A stretch of 64,000 nt of DNA, taken from assembly GCA_030704615.1 (NCBI GenBank), contig CM060732.1, positions 83,146,692-83,210,691 of the forward strand, written 5' to 3'. Origin of the DNA: Takakia lepidozioides (taxonomy: Eukaryota > Plantae > Bryophyta). Below are positions 23,571 to 35,800 of this stretch, in pieces; position 1 is the first letter of the stretch, and every line of letters begins with the position of its first letter. The translations under genes and the position numbers were made by a program. The notes under the pieces are model-generated. The model made no database searches. It worked only from the letters and a program-made list of their open reading frames with translations, and had not been told where the DNA came from.

Positions 23571-23831
23571 CAGCGCGTTTTTTTAAGAAATTTGGAAAAC
23601 AGCACGAGTGGCTATAGAGCTTTGCAAAAAATAGTACAATCTGTTCATCCACTTCTGACCTTTAATCCATTTATATCGTCCATATTTGGCAAATTCATCT
23701 ATACTTTATTTTTTGTTTGGAGAAGTTTGGCGATTTCATCCATGAAAAAATAGGGAATTTACGACTGTGCATATTCCATTTATTTTTTGAGGTCGAAATC
23801 TGGCGAAAATTTGCCAATAAAAAAGACGCTG
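23571..23831. mobile_element. hAT-type MITE (261 bp)
   Basis: Termini cagcgcgttttt / aaaaagacgctg; 8-bp TSD ATATTGTT at 23563-23570 and 23832-23839. Confidence 0.8.
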
Positions 23832-23839
23832 ATATTGTT

Positions 23840-24110
23840 GCGTTTCAGATGAGTTTTTTTACTGCTTAGCCTACTTTGATTAGTCTTTGGCAAAGGGTGT
23901 TGGTTATTCCTGCCAGCAGAGCTATTTGCGAGCGTGGGTTCTCAAAGCAAAATTGGGTGAAAAATAACCGGAGAAATAGATTGAAGTTGAGGACGTTGGA
24001 TGTATTGATGCGAGTTTCTTTAAGTGGGCGCGAAGTGGAGGCCATGGATTTGACTGCCATTTTTAGATTTGGAGTAGCATGAAGAACCGTAGAGCTGTTC
24101 CATTGGAAAT
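23840..24110 (+). pseudogene. hAT transposase C-terminal dimerisation domain remnant
   Basis: LWQRVLVIPASRAICERGFSKQNWVKNNRRNRLKLRTLDVLMRVSL. Confidence 0.85.
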
Positions 24111-24783
24111 AGATTCAGATTGAATTCTCTCATAATTTTTATCATATGTGGACTTGTGTAATGTGAAAAGACTTCCATTTCATGTATATTGTACAGCAAA
24201 AAAAAATTTAATGTTACATGCATGCTCGCCGAATGGCCGCAAAAAAAAAATGAAGGGCTGTCAAAATTATAGCCCCTCAACATGAAGGACAATTTTTTTA
24301 AGGAAACTTGCAAATGCAAATCTAAGGTACCCTTCAAAACTGAACACTGAAATTTCCTTGGGTTTGCATTGCTCCTACCCTAGTATGCGTTAGTGGAGCA
24401 ACTCATAATATTTTCCGTAATCGTTGCTTGAATAAAATCCTTTGTATTTTCTGTTGGCTTATACCTGTGAACCCTAACGGGCCGGGAGCAGTTGAATTAT
24501 GCGATGGACCGTAACCGAAATTTGCGGAATGGCGTTCCATCCCGTAAGGTCACTCCTGCCACCATTCCCCCATTTTCGCGTCTTTCCAGCATCTTTCCGA
24601 GATCAGACGAACCAAAGGAGCGAGCAAAGAAGATGCCGCAGCGGGGAAAGAAATCTGGGCGCCTAAAAGAAGGGACACGTGGCGGGATTTTATTTATTCA
24701 AGGAACGTTTACGCAGGGTAAGGGCCCCGCGCGCGGGCCGTCACACGTTTGCGCCACTGGTCACTCGGGCTCCGCCCTCATTC

Positions 24784-24975
24784 CTCTAGATATCTGAATC
24801 CAAGTATTCTGTTGATGTCCACAGTCAAATTGTGTAGGGTAAAAGGGCCTCACGCAAGGGCTGTCACACGTTTAAACCACTGGTCACTCGGGCGGCCCTT
24901 TTACCGTGAGGCCCTTTTACCCTACACAATTTGACTGTGGACATCAACAGAATACTTGGATTCAGATATCTAGAG
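24784..24975. repeat. Perfect inverted repeat, 71-bp arms and 50-bp loop, ~240 bp upstream of the F-box ATG
   Basis: 24784-24854 is the exact reverse complement of 24905-24975. Confidence 0.95.
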
Positions 24976-25213
24976 TAGTTTGACACATGGAAGGTGACAT
25001 TTGGGTTCCTAGAATGATCTGTTTGGTGTTCCATTCTTAAGAGGTCTTGGTTACCGAAGTGATGGCAGAAAGAATATATTGTCAGGCATCCCTCGGTGTT
25101 AACAAGAAGCATAACACCTTTCAGCCTCATTTCGGCTGGCCCATAAATGTCTACTGTGTTGTGGCGATAAGTCTGCAAAGCAGGGTGTGGTCTGTATTCA
25201 AGGCTTTCTGGCC

Positions 25214-28200
25214 ATGGTGAAAGAGAAGCACACCACGAAGAAGAGGAGGATTGGAGATGCCAGTAGAGAGCGGAGCAGCAGCTGGCATGAATTGGGGGAA
25301 GAGGGGGGCATGACATGTTTTCTCACAGACGACACTTTGTTGTACATCCTGCGCCGCCTTCCAACTCGTTATCTCCTCTCCTGCGTGGCGCTTGTCTGCC
25401 GACGCTGGAGTCGCCTCTGTCAAACCCACCTTGTATGCACGCATGCACTGCAATTAACTCGTTATGTTCACGCACGTCTTATATGTGGCAGGTCATCGAG
25501 CCACTGTAATCTCTGCAGGCGCCCTTTGCAGTGCTAATGGAAAGAGGATTGTTTGGAAGCAAGCCAGCGATTACCGTATGTACTTTAGAAATCCTTTTGG
25601 AAAAGTTGATTTGTTCTGCAGGCCACTAACAAAGTAATTGAGAAGATGATTTTGCAATCTGACAGGTATATGAACTGGTGCCTCCCCTATTCGGCACCCC
25701 CAAAAAGCCCTTGGGCTCTTTGGTACGTCTCACTCCCTCTCTTGCTCTCTTTCATCTGGCATCTATGGGCTCCTGATGGTTTGGTTGTATCGGGCAGCTG
25801 CAATCGTGCCTATCGCAACTTGAGGGCGACAGTTGGGCTCAAATCAACTTTATCATGTGAAGTGATTCTAGAATAGCTAGTGGGCAATGTATTCTTGGGC
25901 AATCTACAAACAGAGTTTTACTCCTGGGTTGATAGAAAACAATTTTTTCTAGGGACCGACAGAAGCAAGTCTATCACATGTCCATATTTTTCTGGACCGA
26001 CAATGAGTGTGGATGTAGGCTGCTTCATCTGTTTGGAAGTTCTGTTGAAAGAAGAGAGGATGGTAAGGCATGGGTGGAAGGAGAGGGAGATTCAAGCTTT
26101 TCCTGTGGTTTAGGGCTGACAGAATAACAGGTATGTGTCTGTCTGACAAAATGATGTGAGAGACTTGTTCTGTGCCTTAATGGGGGTCTCTCAACAATTT
26201 GATTATCAAGTGGTTCATAATCATCAGAAGAGCTAAAGAACACTATTTGTGTTGAAGACAGAGCAGGGCATTCTGGAGCTGACAAAGCGGCATGCTTCCA
26301 CTCTGAAGGCAGTTGAATTATGGGGGTATGTTCTTCATGAGATTGAAACAAAGCTTCAGTTTTCCTTTGTTGTCTTTGGGATTGCTGCCTTTCTGTAGTT
26401 TATGCATCAAGTGTGGGTTTGAGAGCGGGTCAATTTAGATTCTAGACAAGTGGTACATACTAAGGGTTTCCCCAATGTTTGAACAATCTTGCCTAACTCC
26501 GGTTTCTTAGTGACAGCGTTTTCTCCTGAGGTACATTGATTTGAGATGTCATAGAACATGAATGAGGTGCATCTGTAACGTGGCATGAAGGGGAAGCTGT
26601 GTGTACGAGGGATGATACAAGTTAGATTTGCAATGTTGTGCTGGTAAAGATATTATCCAGAACATTCTGAGCTTCCCAGCGATTTAGCAGTCGAGAGTGG
26701 AGTGACAGCTTTTTTTATTGTCCAAAGGTCTCAGCTGTGGTAGTTTCTCAAATCTTGGAAGGGTGGCTGTGATTTTTTACATTTGTGATGATGTGCAAAG
26801 ATGTCTTTCTCTTGTGGTCTAACAAAGCAAAAAGTTTCTTCATTTCTCTCTGAAATTGAGCATTGGGGTGGTGGGCAGTCTGAAGCAGCTGAACAGCAAG
26901 GCGATAGAAGTGATGTGTGCAGGGCTTCCACACTTACAACACCTGGCTCTGGTGTCATGCCCACTACTGGGGTCCATGGATCTGGAGAACATTGTACACC
27001 AGCTCCCACGCCAGCTTAGCACATTGGACCTGCATATGGACCATCTGATCTCACCATTGTATCATGATAGACTGGTCAGACAGCCCCTGATTCTCGATGG
27101 CGTTCTTTCTCTTCTCCAACAGCGCTGCTCCAATTTGCAGAAGCTGGATTTGGATTTAAGCTCCTTAATCACTGGCCCTGCCTTGGATCGCCTCCTGCTT
27201 GCCTTCCCCACCCTCACGTCGCTCCACCTCCACTGCCCTTTGCTTGGCTGGCCTGAAGTTGTGCGCATCCTCCAAGGCTGCATCTCCTTGCACCACTTTT
27301 CCCTTTGCTCACCCCTTCTGCTCCAAGATCCGAGCAGCTCGGATTACTCAGTGGTGTCAGAAAGGACTGCAACCTTCTCTGAAAGGACAGTGGCAGTGGA
27401 CATGCCGCACTCATTGGTATCACTGCGCTTGTACTCAGCCCATCATCGTTCAGTGCCTTGGGTGTCCTCACCTTCACTAGATTTGTTGAGGATCCGAGGG
27501 AAACAGCTACGCCATCTGCATGCCCAGACATCATTCAACACTAGCTGGCATGTCATATCTTTGTGGTGTCTGAATTTGACGTGCCTCGACTTGTCCCACA
27601 GCCAGAATGTCACTCTTAATCTCACAGAGGTTCCAGCTTTGTTATGATCCCATTTACTCATGCCTGATGATGAGAAGCACACACCCAGAGTAGCTTCGTT
27701 TCTCTTTTGATGGGTAGTTGGCTTCAATATGCTTGTTCTGGGGGAGAGAGAATATATACTGAATGTGGATCAAAGAAACAGAAGTCCAAAAGGCTATGGG
27801 AGCAAAAGAAACAGAATTGATTCATTTCACAAAGATAAGGAGAAAGAAATGAAGGGAACTTCACAACATCCACAGTGGACCCCTATGGTCCACAGGACGA
27901 AGGAGGACGGTAAGTCAAATCCAGATGAAATTAAACCTGGTGTGGGAGTCCCTCATGCAGGGAGAACAAGAGAAAGAGATGAACATAGACACCATGTCTG
28001 GTTTGTACACAGAAACGGGGCACAAGTCCTTGCAGGAAGCACTTGAGATCTCTTTAATTGGAGGGGTTTATGATGCAGGCAGAGGAAGCAGTGCTGTGTA
28101 CACTAGTGCAGTCGCTGGTAAAGCTGGAGCAAGTTGCACTTCCGGCTGTCACAGACCGAATTCTTGTCCAGCTTAGCTGTTACTGCCCTAATCTTTTGGA

Positions 28201-30647
28201 GGTTCGCTTCCAGGTAATCTTTCATTGACAGTACTTGAGGAAATATTCAAGCTCCAGTGTATTTTGCTTACTAGGGTGACAGGGCAAGAAGAAGCAATGG
28301 GGTTCAGATTTCATGTGGACCAAACAACACATTTTAGCATATTGTATTCTTGAGAGGTACCTCTGGAGGAGTACACATGGTGGGGACAAACTACAGTGAA
28401 GGTATGCTCTGGGGCTGGGATATTATGTAGATGGGCAACTCCCAGAAGTGTCCAGTGTTGCCCCTGCTGATGTTGGGGTGCTCACTTAAGGGGGGAATCC
28501 TTTGATGTTATCTGATAGCAGATATTTATGTGGTTGCTGTCGCACTATAAAGAAATGGCTGACTGTTAAAGAACTATGGCAGACACGGAGAGGAAATCGA
28601 CAAACAAAGAAGCTTTACAACATCACCTGGAAGAGAATATACTCATAAGACGTTGTTTGCCATAGCCTTGTGGCCATAACCTCACCTGGAAGAGAGAAGA
28701 GAGACACAGAGAGACAGACTGAGGCAGAGAAGTGATAACGTGCTTGATCAATAATTGTGCAGAGCAGGAGTGAGCTTGCCTCTATTTGGTTATACACAAT
28801 AACTCCTTAAGATCATTAGTTTGGCTGATATGTTGATTCTGTCAGGGCCATAAAGCAAGGACGCCAGGGACATCATTGCAGGCTCAAGTCAGTGTAACAG
28901 ATCGTGGTGTCTGTGCACTAGCTGAAGGCTGCCCTGCTCTCTGTGTTTTGAGTTTGGCAGGTTGTCACAAAGTAACCATTTCCTCTGCCCGGTGGGTTCT
29001 CCTTTCTATTCGAATTTCATTTTTGCAAGGAAAGGGGTCACTACACCCCCTTAGACTACACGAAATTCGGCATTAATTTTTTCTGACCTTACCCCAATTT
29101 TCAGGTCAAACAATTGTAGCTCTCTAGCCTGTGTATCATGTCAGAAAGCTCTAAAAAATTAAAACAAAAGAAAATAATGTTACAGAAGGTCATTATACTA
29201 TCAGGAACCAAAAAACAGAGAACTAAGATAAAGACAGAAAAAAAGACTGAACATCCTGTTACTGGTGATGCAACCACCTATCTTTTACATCGGAGTGGCT
29301 GCAAGGTGAGCTTGGCTTTGGTCTTGCAGTCCTACCCCATTGTGTATTTATGGGTTACTGGAAGGACTCCACTTACTAACAAAGGGATGTGGCAGGACAG
29401 GGCTCTTGCCTTTCATTGCAGAGGATTGCAGGTTCTGGAGTTGACTGGATGCCTCAGTTGGACAGATACTGCTGTGACAGTTCTACTACCCCGTCTTGGT
29501 CGTTCACTGCTGTTCCTGGACGTTAAGGACTGCCCCCAAATCACGCATGCTTCCATAGTTGCACTCATTCAGTCCATACAGGTCAGTCCTCTTACTAGTC
29601 TCTTTGTGTATGCTGATATGTTCCTGATCAGGCTGGCTTACTGTTGGTGGGTCAGGCTGTTACCATGATATTGATGTCAGAACATTGTAGCCATTGGTGT
29701 CTTGTTCTTTAGCGATGGGACAGCGTTCGCAGTCTACTGCCATTGGACATCTGGGAACATCAATTCTGCTAATAGACATTTATGTGTAAAATCAAAATGG
29801 AGTAGTATGATAATATGCGTGGTAGTTAAAACCTATAGTCTGAACATGGGAAGTTTTGCCATCAAGGATCGAAAGTGGAATTGAAGACAAGGGATTGTGT
29901 ATACTTGGGATGACTTCTGAAGATGATCAGCAGCCATTTAGATGTCTCTTGCCTACCAGCCAGTACTCGAATTTTTCCAGTCCACGTAACCAAAGCCTAA
30001 CAGAGCTGATATATCTAGCCGTGAATATTACTGCATGTTTTACTGTCTAGATACTGGGATGATTATCCCTGTGTTCTTCACTTGAAATGTGTGAGCTTAG
30101 TGTATTATTCTCCTTTTCGGACAAGAATCTGCGGATTGGGTTTTATCCCTTGGTTGGACGGGACAAAAACGAATGATGTCACATTGTGCTATTTTAAAGT
30201 ACATTCCAAGACATTGATGCGGTCATAGAAGGGGGCGTGAAAGAGCTCTTATATTTTCTCGATATTATCAATTTATGTCAATGCACCAGGGACAAGGATA
30301 GTCTTGGCCTGTCATATCACATGTGCAGAAAGTTGATGTGCCATACAGATATAGTGTAATATCCATGCTTAGCCTTGGAGTCTTCCACATTGGTGTTTTG
30401 ATTGTCCGTTGCTTTGAGAGAACTCACGAGGGTAGGGCCATGTTGCTCATGTTTGTCTTTGTTGCTGTTGCATCAGGCTAAGGGGACAAGCCTCCGGGTA
30501 TTGGCAATATCCCCAACCCTATATCACTCAGCTCGGTCCAACTTGATGCAATTGCAGATACTTGCACCATCACTACAAATTAGGAAGGGTTTTTCTGGAT
30601 TTCAGTGGGACGGTTTTTATCATTCCCGCTCCTTGCACCACTATTGA
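25214..30647 (+). CDS. F-box/LRR-repeat protein (multi-exon)
   Basis: F-box LTDDTLLYILRRLPTRYLLSCVALVCRRWSRLC. LRR exons at ~26856-27629, 28079-28213, 28846-28991, 29401-29581 and 30477-30647 have GT-AG borders (e.g. VTDRGVCALAEGCPALCVLSLAGCHKVT). Exon structure between 25430 and 26860 is not resolved. Confidence 0.85.
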
Positions 30648-31273
30648 AGCGAGGGGTAATCAGGGACTCCATATGTGAACAGAGTGACGGAATTGTAAGG
30701 CATCAAGCATAAGTTTGCAACTCTACACCCTTGGATAGTCCCTTCTGATCATTCATACAGTTTGACTGTAGGAGTTTCTGAGTTGTGCGTATGGTTGTCT
30801 TCTTTGTCCATGGGGGCCATTTCCTTTGCAACTGGATGGGCTTTGAAGTGGGGATTGTGGTGTTGTCCAGTACACCCATTCCCTTAAAACGTCTAACATT
30901 GAAGCTTTCTGTAGTGCTTCTCAGTATGGCCCAGTTCAACGCCACTGAGAATGCAAGCAGTTTCCCACCTCAATCAGCCTAGTTGCATCTTTCAGAGCAT
31001 GCATGGAGACTGGAATATGAACTTGGCCTCTATGACCTTGCCAACAACACATGCTGCAAGGCTTAGCAAAATTTTGCTCCCCATGGGTGAATCATGCACC
31101 TAACGCACATCCTTGATTTAACAAAATTCTCTTATGTTTCTCCGGGGAAGAACCACGGCTGTACGGCTTGGCACAAGCACTCTCTCCATTGCGCCTCTCT
31201 CTGCCTACCGCGATTTGTGTATGTGCCTGTGTCTGCATGTGCGTACTTCTTTACGCAAAGTAGGTCTACATCC

Positions 31274-32231
31274 TCGTAAAGACCCGGCCAGGATTAGAGA
31301 GGATGGCATCTTATGGGGCGGGATTTTTCCGCCAGGCGAGGATGGCACCTTACCTTATGTTGCGTAAAGTTCCTCCTCTCGTGGAGAGGAAGAACCTTAC
31401 GACGCGTGAGGTTCTTGCTCTTGTGAGCCCTCCGATCAAGAGAATCGCAACCATCAAAATGCGAAGTCCGGGTGGGGCCTTCGGCCGGGGGCTCGGGGCC
31501 TAATAAGGCACGAGGCGGTCCCCTCATTTTAGGACCTCACCCTACACGTAGAAAACCACAAGGAAGCATACCCGCTTCGTTCGTAAAGACCCGGCCAGGA
31601 TTTCTTAGTTAGAGAGGATGGCATCTTACGGGGCGGGATTTTTAGGATGGCACCTTATGTATAGTGGAGGGCATTACACTGCATAAAGCACATGCAACAA
31701 AAAGGTACGGCGTGCCCAAGCCTCGCTGCCCAATGCATTAGAGGGGAGTGTAATGCCCGCCCGGCCAAGCGATGAATTCTGGTTTTTGATGGCAGGATAA
31801 ATACAAAGATAAAAGATAAAGATTCTTTAACGTCCAGTGAATTTACAGAGCCTACTGCTCAACACACAGGCCATCGAGGGCCCAATGGACAGTCTGAAGG
31901 CACATGTTGAAGGATTGAACCCAGGATCACCTAGGTTATGCACAGGCAAGGCACAAACACCCAACCACTGGGCTACCTGCTCAAGAGAAAAAATGCAAGT
32001 GCTTTATGTCGCGTAAAGTTCCTCCTCTCGTGGAGAGGAAGCACCTTACGACGCGTGAGGTTCTTGCTCTTGTGAGCCCTCCGATCAAGAGAATCGCAAC
32101 CATCAAAATGAGAAATCCGGGTGGGGCCTTCGGCCGGGGGCTGGGGCCTAATAAGGCACGAGGCGGTCCCCTCATTTTAGGACCTCACCCTACACGTAGA
32201 AAACCACAAGGAAGCATACCCGCTTCGTTCG
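31274..32231. repeat. Tandem duplication of a ~310-bp GC-rich unit upstream of the TPR gene; the second copy is split by a ~345-bp insertion
   Basis: 31274-31360 resembles 31581-31660, and 31355-31583 resembles 32004-32231; ttatgt flanks both sides of the insert. Confidence 0.9.
31796..31982 (-). mobile_element. tRNA-derived SINE
   Basis: Minus strand has A box TAGCCCAGTGG (31965-31975), B box GGGTTCAATCC (31912-31922) and a simple-repeat tail tctttatcttttatctttg. Confidence 0.7.
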
Positions 32232-32883
32232 GCTCCAAGGGCGGGACAAAGCGTGTCAGAAGGTTATCCAACGCGTCATCCGGTCAAGGGATTGAAGTTT
32301 GTCGCCCAACATTTGATGCACTAACTGGTGGGTTGGGTTCCTCGCAATCCGGTGGTGGGGTACTTCTGGTTACTGCTGAAAACAAGATGTACCAAATCAA
32401 GACCAGTGGGGTGGAAAAATAATCGGGAATGACACAGTGAAGGCACCTGGAAACTAAACCCTTCCCGGGTAGGTAGATCACTGGCGCTTGTTGCATTCTG
32501 TACATCTTGCTGGCCATCCTCGCTCTCCGCTGCGAATTTTTGGGTTGTCATCGCCAGTTCTCTTCTAGTGCAGAACGTTGACTCATGAGGCTGTGTGCTT
32601 TTCGTCTTGCTCAATTTGGTTTTGTATCCCATATGCCCATGTTGCTTGCTTACAGACCGTCCGCAAGAAGTTTTGTGATGGCAGGCTGTGTGAGGGGTCC
32701 CGTTACATGATTGTATTGGGAAAGCTCTTGCATTTCCAAGACAATACACACGTTCAATACTGCAGGGAGAACGCTAACGGAAGGGAGAGAGGGAGTGCGA
32801 TGTAAGAGTGTCCCTGACCGGCCCAACCTTGCCATCTCCTTGCAATCAAGGCTCATTTTTCAAGTGACCTCTGCGGAAGAGAT

Positions 32884-35800
32884 ATGGAGAGAGACATGCG
32901 GTCAATCAACGCTCGGAGACAGGAGCTGCTGCAGTCAGGGCTGACTTTGGGACCCACAAATTCGACTCCGCCTGTCAGTGTAAAGAGAGAGGATCGGTCT
33001 TCAGAAGGATTTACATTGGGTAATTCCTCTCTGAAATCTAGGCTGTCGGACGTGAATCACGGAGGTTATGGGGACAAAGGAGACATTGGACTGAAGGTCA
33101 ATGCTGCTGTCAGGGGGGAAATGGAATCCATTCCAGCCCTGGAATCCGGTGTGCGGACCACCCCTGGCCTTCATTTCGATACCAGGTAGGAGTTAACCTT
33201 TTGACTTCATTTACTTGTGGGTAAGAGCATCAGAAACTTTTCCCATGTGTTCATGGATCTCATCTAGATTTCATCACAATTATGATACCAGGTTGGACTC
33301 TCAGATCGGCTGCACGGAATTATTTGAATCGGGCTCTATATATGTGGCCGAATTACTTTGGATTCTTGTCACAAATCCCTTGGATAATCATGTGAGGAAT
33401 GCACCAATTAGAGGTGCTCTCTGTGAGCTTGCATCATCTATTTAGCATGCCAAATACTGAGATTTCTCATTTGTCAAAGACCTATTTCTCAAGTTTTAGG
33501 TTCTTCCTCTTATAGCGCCTAGCCTAATGTATCCGCACTCCAGATACCTGCCAATCACTGGAATGGCACTCTCTGTTGCATGTTTACACCCTCGGTCTTT
33601 GCCCCACATTCCATATTTAGACTGGCTTTGATGTGACTGCAAGCTTTATAATTTGACTCTGCCACAACACTGAGCAGGTAGTTTCTCTTTGATCCCAGTT
33701 GTCAGCTGGTGCACATCTATATCATGGTGCAAGTTATTTACTTTGGCATCAATTTGAAGATTTGGTCATTTCTTCAGGGAAGAGTTGATCACACTCAGTG
33801 CTAGCCAACTTGATTCTTCCTAAGATATCACTAAAGAGGGTTTAGCTGTCTCTGGTCCTTCCTCCCCTTCCTTCCTCCCTCTTTGGCCCCTTCCTGATCG
33901 ATGCTGACCTGGCTTACTGGTGGAGGAAATTGCTCAATGTCTTTGATAAGGACCCTAAAATAATCCTAATACGGTAGGTAGCCCTAAACATTTGTGGGAA
34001 AGACAGCCGCTTTTCAAATGTGCACAGGGCAGAGGTGTGCCTTTTTACTTTTCTATGTGGATAGAGTGCATGCCATGACCTTGCAAGGTGGGACCATATA
34101 CCCCATAAGCTGTTGGGGCTGGCTAACACTTTCAGGGGTTTCAGCTGATGGGTTGGCCTCCTTCAGGGGAGATGCAGTGAGGTCAACTCCAACCGTGACT
34201 CCAATGTTGGGTGATTCCAAGTCTTTGGCTTTACCTCAGAGTCTCCTTCATTTCAGACAGGGCACCCAAGTGCAGCAGCGGTTGAGTAATTCAAATGGGT
34301 CAATGTTGACCTTTTCAACAAATAGCAATATAACAGATGGTTCTCCGAGGGGGATGACAACAAAGGAAGCAAGCCCCACCAGCTCACCTGGTCAGATGAG
34401 AAAACCGATGCCACCAGGTAATGCTGGGCAGCAGAATCTGAAGCCCACTACTGCCCCACGGCAGACACCACCCCAAGAGGGAGAGATTAGCAAGGGGCAA
34501 GGGGTTGTCCTGGTTCAAGGCAGCCCTCAACACCAAGCTCTTCAGCAGCAGGCCCTCCACCAACAGGTCATTACCCTTGTCACCCCTTAAACTCCCTCTC
34601 TCCCTCTCCAAACTGGGTGCGGGGTCTATGGCCACAAGGCTACAGCAAAGAAAGTCTTATGAGTACATTCTCTCTCTCTCCCTCCCTCCATTTTCTGATA
34701 CATTGTCCGGGGTATTCTCCCCAGAGAGTGACCCTCTTCAGGAACATCAAGAACATGGTTCCTGCACCTCTGTTCACCAACTTTCAAAATCTTCGAGGCT
34801 GAGCCTAAAGCCCTGGCCCTGTTGGGGTCTAGCACGCAGCAGATTGATGGTTGTGCTCAGCTCTTATGGGAGAAATTACAACTAGCAGTTAAAGAGGCAC
34901 CACTCCAGAGTGACAGGCAGAAGCCTCCACAAACTCCCCAGGCATTTCGTTTCTGTGTAAAAGCAGGGCTATAAAACTAAAATCAATAACCCTGCAACCG
35001 GGTTTTCGAGTTCGCATGCGGACAAGTGCCTTTGCGAGCACCTCAAGGACAGTTGCGGGAAATGAGTTTATACCTGCAGCTGAGTTGCAGGGATAAGCTA
35101 AACCGAACCCCACAAAAGGCTCCGGGAGGGTTAGTTTCCCGCGGGGTCAATGGACTTAAGGCTATGGCAAGCCAACATTTGCAGGAATGGCACTCTCTCA
35201 CACACTCTCTCTCTGGAGTCTATGGCCACAAGGCAATGGCATACAATGTCTCATGAGTACATTCGCTATCTCTGTCCCTGTCTCTGTCTCCATCTCCAAT
35301 GGTGGTCAAAGCTGGCAGGAAAAAGATATGAATTCTTTCTAATTATTTGGTGTTGGGGGATTGATTCAGCAGTGTATAGATCTTAGCATCCTGCCCTTAA
35401 GGCTATGATGTCACGCACTTTTAAAACCTGTAGTATTTTCAGGGGGTAATTTTTCCCACATTGATTTCGAGGAGAGATCTAAAAACAGATCTATAAGAGA
35501 TCTATAAAAGTTGAGGTGGTTGGAAGTCTGGGTTGGATTTTGTCATGAACTCGATGCAATGTTAAGGGCTTTTCGCGGGGCAAATTGAAAAGCCATAATC
35601 AGCTTAGTTTATGATGGTAAGTCCTACTACTGGAGTGTGTCCTCAATGAAGGCACTCCCCCGCCTGCTGCTATCCTCTCCTGCCCTCTCACCCTCTGCCT
35701 TTTGTGCTCAGTCAAAACTGGGAAGTCTAGAGCCAAACAGCTATGACGAGCAAAGTCTTGGAGGACATTACTGCTTCCCCACCCCCCCTTTCTTAGACAA

